Under the pieces are notes generated by a model. That model had not been told where the DNA came from and made no database searches. It was given only the letters and a program-made list of their open reading frames with translations. A stretch of DNA of 40,913 bases, taken from assembly GCA_903930485.1 (NCBI GenBank), contig CAIYYO010000245.1, positions 1 through 40,913 of the forward strand. The letters are read 5' to 3'. The stretch is from Methanobacteriota archaeon. Lineage in GTDB: Archaea > Altiarchaeota > Altiarchaeia > IMC4 > QMZM01. Shown here piece after piece: positions 34,937-40,913 of this stretch (its first letter is position 1; the number at the start of each line of letters is the position of its first letter). A program made the translations under genes and the position numbers.

Positions 34937-35155
34937 ATGTCAAACAAAATACGAGAGTTTCTAGGAGACGAAAGAGGAGACACAAGCACGGTATTCAAGC
35001 TAGTGCTTGCCATAACGGTGATAGCGGCAGTCCTGGTGATACTGCTATACGTACTGCAGAGCGCGCAGACAGGCGGAAGAAAACTGACGAGTACGCTGAA
35101 CGATACCACAGGGCAGATCACCGAGAACCTGACGAACTTCTCCAAGTCGGCGTAA
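34937..35155 (+). CDS. Flp-like small type IV pilin (class III signal peptide), paralog 1
   Basis: 72 aa. MSNKIREFLGDERG/DTSTVFKLVLAITVIAAVLVILLYVL: an Flp-type leader F-x-x-DE-[RK]-G followed by a hydrophobic helix. Confidence 0.8.
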   Translation: MSNKIREFLGDERGDTSTVFKLVLAITVIAAVLVILLYVLQSAQTGGRKLTSTLNDTTGQITENLTNFSKSA

Positions 35156-35186
35156 GGGTGCTCTATTTTGCGGGATCGCCACAGAA

Positions 35187-35399
35187 ATGGAGAGTTTAAG
35201 GAACTTCTTTCGAGATGAACGAGGCGCATCCTCGATGGTGATAAAACTGGTGCTCGCCGTTACTTTGGGTGCGGCCGTTATCGTTATAATGCTCCAGCTG
35301 ATGCATGTGAACCTGGAAGTAGCTTCGAACAGCTCAAGCACCATGAGATCCGGCGCAAAGAATGCAATGGACGGAACTATGAAACAAATATCGGATTAA
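35187..35399 (+). CDS. Flp-like small type IV pilin, paralog 2
   Basis: 70 aa. MESLRNFFRDERG/ASSMVIKLVLAVTLGAAVIVIMLQL. Confidence 0.8.
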   Translation: MESLRNFFRDERGASSMVIKLVLAVTLGAAVIVIMLQLMHVNLEVASNSSSTMRSGAKNAMDGTMKQISD

Positions 35400-35400
35400 A

Positions 35401-35613
35401 ATGGGCATTTTGAACAAATTCATAAAGGATGAGAAAGGTGCGTCGGACCTCGTATTCAAGCTCGTTCTAGCAATAACCATAGCCGCGATAGTCTTGATAA
35501 TACTCCTGCAGTTGCTCCACCAGACCCAGGACGCGGGGATGAATGCGACGAAAACTGTCGGAGAAGGGCTCAAGACGTTCGCAGAAAATGTATCCAAAGA
35601 ACTCTCGGGCTGA
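35401..35613 (+). CDS. Flp-like small type IV pilin, paralog 3
   Basis: 70 aa. MGILNKFIKDEKG/ASDLVFKLVLAITIAAIVLIILLQL. It starts 1 nt after the stop of paralog 2. Confidence 0.8.
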   Translation: MGILNKFIKDEKGASDLVFKLVLAITIAAIVLIILLQLLHQTQDAGMNATKTVGEGLKTFAENVSKELSG

Positions 35614-36046
35614 GCCTGGCTTCCTGAAAGACACAAGGGGGTCGGGGCTGCAGGACTCTCCCTTCATGATACTTCTTGCCGTACTTGTCATTGTATTCGT
35701 CACGGCACTGGGAACTGGCATCGCTAAGAGTCTCATGGATCTGCAGCAGCACGCGAACGCCGTAGACGCGGCCGAAAAGATATACGATGCCGCAGACCTT
35801 CTAAGCGCAGGGGCGGGAGGCTCGTCAAGGACTCTATGGGTAAATATACCCGCAGGTTACGAGATCTCCTGCGACGGAAACCTTTCCCTGAAAGACGGCA
35901 AAGGAACAATCGGGCAGCCGCTCAAAGTAGACGGGATAACTTTCGAGCCGGCAACCCTCCAAGGAAGGAATGAAAAATATCACCTGAAAATAGAATACGC
36001 TTCCGGAGACGGCAGCCCGACCATAACGGTATCTGAAATAGCATGA
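35588..36046 (+). CDS. Pilin-like (TadE/minor-pilin-like) protein
   Basis: The ORF starts at 35543. I prefer ATG 35588 (MYPKNSRAEPGFLKDTRG/SGLQDSPFMILLAVLVIVFVTAL), which keeps an Flp-like FLKDxRG leader with less overlap. The start is uncertain. Confidence 0.6.
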   Translation: MYPKNSRAEPGFLKDTRGSGLQDSPFMILLAVLVIVFVTALGTGIAKSLMDLQQHANAVDAAEKIYDAADLLSAGAGGSSRTLWVNIPAGYEISCDGNLSLKDGKGTIGQPLKVDGITFEPATLQGRNEKYHLKIEYASGDGSPTITVSEIA

Positions 36047-36846
36047 AACACCGTATATCCTCGTGCAAAAGGGGCTACGTGACCTGGAGCATCTCAAGGA
36101 TCGGCGTAATGATGGCAGTCGTCCTGCTCATTCTCCTACTTTACATGATCTATCAATACGTGTCCTGCGTCAATGCATCCGATGCCGCGAACCAGGAGGC
36201 TGAGGACCTTGCCGCAGCGATAGAAAAAACGTATTCAGGCCCGTCAGGCCTTGAAACGACGTATACGTTTCCACAATATATTGAGAATCATCCCTATTCA
36301 TTGAACATAGTCTCCGGAGCAAAAAGAGGCATCCTCGTCGACATCTATGGGACAAGGTGCAGCCCTTCCAGGGGTGGGGCATCCCTCGCATCGCCGGTAA
36401 AAGAATATCCAACGCCTGTGAAAAACGAGACAGAAGAGAACGTCACCATAATCATCAAGAACATAGGCGACGGAGTCAGGATAGCAAGGAAGCAGGCATG
36501 CGTCAAATGCGTAGTCTTGGACGAATTCCACTATACTGCGCCCGACGACTGCGACAATCCGAACAAGGAATACGTCCGCCTGAAAAATAAATGCGACACA
36601 TCGTGCGATCTAACTGGGTGGGAGATGAAAGACCGGAAAGGGCATACTTACATTTTCCCATCCTACGAGCTCGAAGCAGGGTTGGCAGTTTCGGTGCACA
36701 CGGGCTGCGGCACCGATTCTTCTCAAGACCTTTACTGGTGCTTCGATTCGGGCGGGCTTTGCAAGGCGGTCTGGAACAACGACGGCGACACTTTATACCT
36801 GCGGGATTCCGAAGGCTTTTTATGCCTTGAATACACCTATCCCTAA
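36043..36846 (+). CDS. Pilin-like N-terminus fused to a C-terminal lamin-tail domain (LTD)
   Basis: 267 aa. The N-terminus is KRG/YVTWSISRIGVMMAVVLLILLLYMI. The C-terminus (36499..36843) is NKEYVRLKNKCDTSCDLTGWEMKDRKGHTYIFPSYELEAGLAVSVHTGCG...AVWNNDGDTLYLRDSEGFLCLEYTY, the LTD pattern (EyVEL.N....dLsGW.l.D..g..y.fp...l..g..v.v.tg.g......iWnN.GD.v.L.D..G). ATGA overlap with the previous gene. Confidence 0.8.
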   Translation: MKHRISSCKRGYVTWSISRIGVMMAVVLLILLLYMIYQYVSCVNASDAANQEAEDLAAAIEKTYSGPSGLETTYTFPQYIENHPYSLNIVSGAKRGILVDIYGTRCSPSRGGASLASPVKEYPTPVKNETEENVTIIIKNIGDGVRIARKQACVKCVVLDEFHYTAPDDCDNPNKEYVRLKNKCDTSCDLTGWEMKDRKGHTYIFPSYELEAGLAVSVHTGCGTDSSQDLYWCFDSGGLCKAVWNNDGDTLYLRDSEGFLCLEYTYP

Positions 36847-36850
36847 CAGG

Positions 36851-37327
36851 ATGGCTTATTCGGGGATAGGTAGAAGAGGCCAGATAGGCCCGATGTCTCT
36901 TGAAGATATTTTCCCGATGCTTGCCGCGATCATAATAGTCTTCATCTTTATCGCCTACATCTATGGGATCGTCGCCGGGAATCTCGAACAGAGGCGGGTC
37001 GAGGCCGGTTACGGGGCCGCAATGGGGCTGTCCGACGAGCTGTATTCTAAAAGTGTTTTTATTTACGGCAACAAATCAGGGCTATTCGATAGCAGGCGGC
37101 TGGATCAATACGCCGGAGATTATCCGGACCTGGCGACGTTGTATGGCATCACTGGGTACGGCTTCTCGGTAGAAGTGCAGGACCTCACGGAACCAGCCCG
37201 CCGTTGGAGCTTTGCGCCGGAAAAAATCGGAACAAACGCGCCCGAGATAGCTTACCCAGTTGCGATCCGCTACTCGGCCGACAAGGTTGATGAGGGTCTC
37301 CTGAAGGTCAAGGTCTGGAAGCTCTAA
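36851..37327 (+). CDS. Pilin-like (class III signal peptide) protein
   Basis: ORF from 36827. I prefer ATG 36851 (MAYSGIGRRGQ/IGPMSLEDIFPMLAAIIIVFIFIAY), just after the stop of the previous gene. Confidence 0.6.
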   Translation: MAYSGIGRRGQIGPMSLEDIFPMLAAIIIVFIFIAYIYGIVAGNLEQRRVEAGYGAAMGLSDELYSKSVFIYGNKSGLFDSRRLDQYAGDYPDLATLYGITGYGFSVEVQDLTEPARRWSFAPEKIGTNAPEIAYPVAIRYSADKVDEGLLKVKVWKL

Positions 37328-37352
37328 TATACTTTCTCTCCGATAAATTTAC

Positions 37353-37835
37353 ATGGATTTGGAGATCGTCGATCTGGATAAGCCGTCCGACGTTAACGTG
37401 ATACTGGGACAGACGCACTTCATAAAGAGCGTCGAAGACATTTACGAGGCATTGGTTAATGCGGTACCGGGAATCAAGTTCGGTCTCGCGTTCTGTGAGG
37501 CCTCCGGCGACCGCCTGGTGCGCGTCGACGGCACTGACAAGGATCTGATGGCGCTTGCGTCGAAGAACGCCTTAAAGGTCGGCGCAGGCCATTCATTCCT
37601 AATATTCCTGAAAAATGCTTACCCGGTCAACGTTCTCAACGCCGTCAAAAACGTGCCCGAGGTATGCTCCATATTCGCCGCGACCGCGAATCCGCTGCAG
37701 GTCGCGATCGTCGAGACGGCGTCCGGGCGGGGGATCATTGGCGTGGTCGACGGCGGCTCTCCGCAGGGCGTGGAATCCGAGGAAAAGGCCCGCGAGCGCA
37801 GGGAGCTTTTGAGGAAGATAGGGTACAAGCGGTAG
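37353..37835 (+). CDS. Adenosine-specific kinase family protein (PAE2307-like)
   Basis: 160 aa. VILGQTHFIKSVEDIYEALVNAVPGIKFGLAFCEASGDRLVR...AGHSFLIFLKNAYPVNVLNAVKNVPEVCSIFAATANPLQV...GVVDGGSP...LRKIGYK matches the hallmark of that family. Confidence 0.8.
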   Translation: MDLEIVDLDKPSDVNVILGQTHFIKSVEDIYEALVNAVPGIKFGLAFCEASGDRLVRVDGTDKDLMALASKNALKVGAGHSFLIFLKNAYPVNVLNAVKNVPEVCSIFAATANPLQVAIVETASGRGIIGVVDGGSPQGVESEEKARERRELLRKIGYKR

Positions 37836-38240
37836 CTATATCTGGCACTTGTATATTTTCAATCCGACAAGAACGTATAGAACCATAAGGATCATCAGGA
37901 GGAGTATGAATACTGTCTCAGCAATCGCTTGGTTCCTGTTTTTCTTTTGACCGATTAAGTCATAGATCTCCGTCGCCAGCATCGATACCGCGAGCCAGTA
38001 CATGATCATTGGTATGATATAGTCTATGGTTTGCTCTTTTGTCGCCAAAAGAGGAGGTCCGAGGAATATCGATGGCAGGCCTGCTATTACCATATATGTC
38101 ATCAAGGCCGTCTTGATCTGCGCAAGATCCTGGGGCAGTGCGTAGAAAATGATATAAGACGTTGTCCATGTTGCGGCAAGGAGGGCGAAGGTTTTGGCGA
38201 TGGTCTGGGTCTTTTGTTTGCTTCCCCATTTTTTCATCAA
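37836..38240 (-). CDS. Small polytopic membrane protein (hypothetical)
   Basis: 134 aa with four hydrophobic helices. It is convergent with and abuts the previous gene. No family recognised. Confidence 0.55.
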   Translation of the reverse strand: MMKKWGSKQKTQTIAKTFALLAATWTTSYIIFYALPQDLAQIKTALMTYMVIAGLPSIFLGPPLLATKEQTIDYIIPMIMYWLAVSMLATEIYDLIGQKKNRNQAIAETVFILLLMILMVLYVLVGLKIYKCQI

Positions 38241-38449
38241 TTAATCCTAAGTATTCGAAGGAAAAAACCATCGGGTCATTGGCCTTCAGTAATTTTATCC
38301 TTATGTGTTTTTTGGTTTAGGAATTAGATTGATATCCGATACTGTCACCTATTTTTCCAAATATATCATGTAAACTATCTATTTTAGGCAATATGTCTTA
38401 TATCCTCCCTCTTAAATCATTCCTACAACTGCTATGGGGGTGAAATGAG

Positions 38450-38740
38450 ATGATACACATCCATCTGGCGAACCATTACGTGCTGAGGGACCTGTCCAAT
38501 GCCGTGGACGACGGCGACATCGATGAAGCCAAGAGGCTTTTCACAAAATATACCGGCCGCTACAAAATGGACCCTGACCTGTCCCCGATTGCTTGCAAAG
38601 TCAACGCATGTTTTGGTAGAATGAGCAGCCAGACCCGGGTCGAAGTAAAAGCAAGGCTGGAAAAACTTTCCATTGCACGCAGGCTTGAAAGCCTTAACGG
38701 ATCCGCGCACTTGTTCCCGAGCCGGCTGACCTTGAGGTAA
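38450..38740 (+). CDS. Hypothetical small protein
   Basis: 96 aa. It is preceded by a GGGGTGA Shine-Dalgarno-like motif 7 nt upstream. Its codon usage is closer to the host's than that of the overlapping antisense ORF 38432..38836. Confidence 0.4.
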   Translation: MIHIHLANHYVLRDLSNAVDDGDIDEAKRLFTKYTGRYKMDPDLSPIACKVNACFGRMSSQTRVEVKARLEKLSIARRLESLNGSAHLFPSRLTLR

Positions 38741-38786
38741 TATCTTTTTACCTCCTTCTTTTAAGCCTAATCGAATTACTGTTACG

Positions 38787-40646
38787 ATGAGTCTTTTCCC
38801 TTTCGAGAAGGTGCGAGGCGGGCAGAAGGAATTCATGCAGGACGTGGAGGCGGCGCTTGTAAATGGAAGCCATCTCGTAGCTCACGCCCCTACAGGCGTC
38901 GGAAAGACGGTCGCGGTAGTCGCTCCGGCCCTCGCATACGCTCTCGAGAACGGGAAGCAGGTGTTCTTCCTGGCGCCGAAGCATACCCAGCACACTATAG
39001 TCGTCGATACTCTGAAGAAGATCGCGCAAAAGACCTGCCAGGGATTCGTGTCGGTCGACATAATAGGAAAGCAGTGGACCTGTCCGCACAAGGTCGCTGA
39101 CCTGGACAACAAGGAATTCAACGAATTCTGCAGCGCCATGAAGAAGGACGAGCGATGCGAGTATTATTCCGGCGTCCACAAAAAGAAGCTGTCGAAGGAA
39201 GCCCGCAACGCAATAGATCTCGTCAAAGAGAGGCCGCTTCATGCCGAAGAAGTCAGGGAAATATGCTCGACGCGCAGCCTGTGCCCTTATGAGGTCTGCA
39301 TCGAAGCAGGCAAGGGGGCGGATTTCATAATCTGCGACTACTTCCACATATTTTCTCCCAAAGTCCGACGAGCATTCCTCGCCAAGTTGAACAAAGATCT
39401 GGAAGATGCGGTTCTCATAGTCGACGAAGCCCATAACCTGCCGGACAGGATTCGCTCGACCCTGAGCCGGGACCTTACTGATTATTCCGTAGGACGGGCG
39501 GGCAAAGAGGCGGCGTTCCTGGATAGCGAAGCACTGATAGACGGCTACAAGTCGCTGGGCGCGGCGCTGAAAAAACTCGGCAAAGGGATGAAAGCCGGCG
39601 AAGAAAGATTCGTCAAACGAGAGGAATTCATCGAAGATATATCCGGCGAGACCGAGTTAGACTACAAGGACCTGGTCACGTTGTCTTCCGACCTCTCCGA
39701 AGAAGTTCTAAGCCTGCCGAACAGATATCGTTCATATTCAAAGACGGTCTCGCATTTCCTTGAAAGCTGGGCGAAAGAAGACATAGGATACGCCCGAATA
39801 TTCCGGAAGGAAAAGAATTCCCGGTTGTCATACAGGTGCCTCGACCCGTCGGTCTCAAGCAAGGAGGTCTTTGACGCATCCCATACTGCAATCCTGATGA
39901 GCGGAACGCTTCTCCCGCTTGCAATGTACTCGAGCCTCCTGGGTCTGGATCCAAAACGCGTTATTGAAAAAGAGTATCGGTCGCCTTTTCCGAAAGAGAA
40001 CAGGCTTTCGCTGATCGTTCCGGGCGTGACGACGAAGTTTCGGGACAGGTCAGATGAGATGTACCGCCGTTACGCGGAGATTTTGGCCGGCATAATTCGC
40101 GAAGTGCCTGGGAACGCTGCGGTGTTCTTTCCGTCTTACCAGATACTAGGATTCGTTCACACGCATCTATTGGCCCATGAAACCGGGAAAGAGGTCCTTG
40201 TAGAGAAGCAGTCCATGGACAAGGGCGATCGAATAGAGTTGTACCGGCGCCTTGCGAACCTGAAAAACGACAGATGCGGAGGAATACTTCTGGGAGTCCA
40301 GGCGGGGTCTCTTTCCGAAGGAGTGGATTACGCCAACAACATGCTTGATGCTGTGGTCATCGTAGGCCTGCCTCTTGAAAGCCCGAATCTGGAGACCAAG
40401 GCGCTGATAGAGTATTACGACTTCGTATACGAGCGGGGATGGGACTATGGATATATTTTTCCGGCGATGAACCGGGTCCTTCAGGCCGCGGGACGGTGCA
40501 TCAGGAGCGAGACCGACAAAGGCGCGATAGTCCTGATGGACGAGCGTTTCAAATGGAGGAACTATTCCAAATGTTTTCCGCTGGATATGGATTTTGTTAT
40601 CACCGCGGCGCCTGACATTTATGTTAAAAAGTTCTTTGGTCGTTGA
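38787..40646 (+). CDS. xpd: XPD/Rad3-family ATP-dependent 5'-3' DNA helicase (FeS-cluster helicase)
   Basis: 619 aa. Walker A AHAPTGVGKT, DEAH box IVDEAHNL. Four FeS-domain Cys (WTCPHK, FCSAM, ERCEYY, LCPYE). C-terminal motifs MSGTL, GVDY, QAAGRCIR. Confidence 0.93.
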   Translation: MSLFPFEKVRGGQKEFMQDVEAALVNGSHLVAHAPTGVGKTVAVVAPALAYALENGKQVFFLAPKHTQHTIVVDTLKKIAQKTCQGFVSVDIIGKQWTCPHKVADLDNKEFNEFCSAMKKDERCEYYSGVHKKKLSKEARNAIDLVKERPLHAEEVREICSTRSLCPYEVCIEAGKGADFIICDYFHIFSPKVRRAFLAKLNKDLEDAVLIVDEAHNLPDRIRSTLSRDLTDYSVGRAGKEAAFLDSEALIDGYKSLGAALKKLGKGMKAGEERFVKREEFIEDISGETELDYKDLVTLSSDLSEEVLSLPNRYRSYSKTVSHFLESWAKEDIGYARIFRKEKNSRLSYRCLDPSVSSKEVFDASHTAILMSGTLLPLAMYSSLLGLDPKRVIEKEYRSPFPKENRLSLIVPGVTTKFRDRSDEMYRRYAEILAGIIREVPGNAAVFFPSYQILGFVHTHLLAHETGKEVLVEKQSMDKGDRIELYRRLANLKNDRCGGILLGVQAGSLSEGVDYANNMLDAVVIVGLPLESPNLETKALIEYYDFVYERGWDYGYIFPAMNRVLQAAGRCIRSETDKGAIVLMDERFKWRNYSKCFPLDMDFVITAAPDIYVKKFFGR

Positions 40647-40705
40647 AGGGGGCCTCAGCCCATGTTATCTGCTTTCGGTTCGTATTTCTTATTGAGGATT
40701 TAACT

Positions 40706-40913
40706 ATGGCTCTTGTGAAAGATTGCATGTCTGAGGGAGTCGTTTTTCTTAATGTTGACGACACGATTTACGACGTTTCCCTTCTCATGAAGGAAAAAGG
40801 CGTAAGCTCCGTTATTGTCTACAGGAACAGGAAGCCTGCGGGAATAGGCACCGAGAGGGATATAGTCTGGAGGGTCGTCTGCGAGAAAAAAGATCCGGCC
40901 GGGACGAAGCTCG
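40706..40913 (+). CDS. CBS-domain protein (N-terminal part; continues past the window end)
   Basis: My translation from ATG 40706 reads MALVKDCMSEGVVFLNVDDTIYDVSLLMKEKGVSSVIVYRNRKPAGIGTERDIVWRVV..., a typical CBS pair beginning. It is open to the end of the window. Confidence 0.7.
   Translation, partial: MALVKDCMSEGVVFLNVDDTIYDVSLLMKEKGVSSVIVYRNRKPAGIGTERDIVWRVVCEKKDPAGTKL

Noticed and set aside
38432-38836. 134-aa minus-strand ORF overlapping the xpd start and the 96-aa + strand ORF
   Set aside because: It would overlap the confident xpd start by 50 nt and lacks a ribosome-binding site. The + strand ORF has the better start context. Neither is strongly supported.

Overview
Archaeal chromosomal segment. 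The markers are a group II chaperonin (thermosome), chromatin protein MC1, NucS/EndoMS, XPD helicase, the UPF0282 and DUF373 families, TATA-box promoters and poly-T terminators. It is gene-dense, with many abutting or overlapping genes, which suggests a small compact genome, possibly a DPANN-like or other episymbiotic archaeon (inference only). All family calls come from recognising motifs by eye in the supplied translations; no searches were run.

Housekeeping genes:
- aspartate kinase
- a COG1395-type HTH regulator
- a three-gene iron(III)-type ABC importer
- thermosome
- an MFS transporter
- a frameshifted PfkB kinase with a HAD/EhaR-like partner
- PRPP synthetase
- a membrane-fused spermidine-synthase-like protein
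- nucS
- an adenosine-specific-kinase-family protein
- xpd
- a partial CBS-domain gene

The window also carries an unusually dense cell-surface gene set:
1. Three genes (1..806 partial, 850..2322, 22346..24280) have N-termini built from conjugative-pilin (VirB2/TrbC, 'T4SS pilin')-like helical hairpins. Each hairpin is followed by a conserved Cys motif and a large ectodomain. Two of the ectodomains are beta-rich behind Thr-rich stalks. The third has two tandem hairpins, a Cys-rich region and a snapalysin-type HExxHxxGxxD metzincin motif. No T4SS ATPase or channel gene is visible in the window.
2. A complete Tad/Flp-like (archaeal Epd-like) type IV pilus locus spans 29366..37327. It encodes an A24 prepilin peptidase, a fused TadB/C-like platform, a 778-aa ATPase with a Cys-rich N-terminal extension, three tiny Flp-like pilins, and three pilin-like proteins, one of which carries a lamin-tail domain.
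3. An S8 subtilase has a roughly 115-aa CUB-like insert. It overlaps a GEVED/CUB-like secreted protein that has a dockerin-like tail.
4. A membrane-anchored protein carries three Cys-rich modules.

Other points of note:
- An AT-rich island of about 2.1 kb (about 11920..14050) carries a HEAR / FCS-zinc-finger / PD-(D/E)XK / double-HTH homing-endonuclease-like gene.
- A roughly 100-nt multi-hairpin element runs directly into the start codon of the pilus-locus peptidase.
- No rRNA, tRNA or CRISPR array was found.
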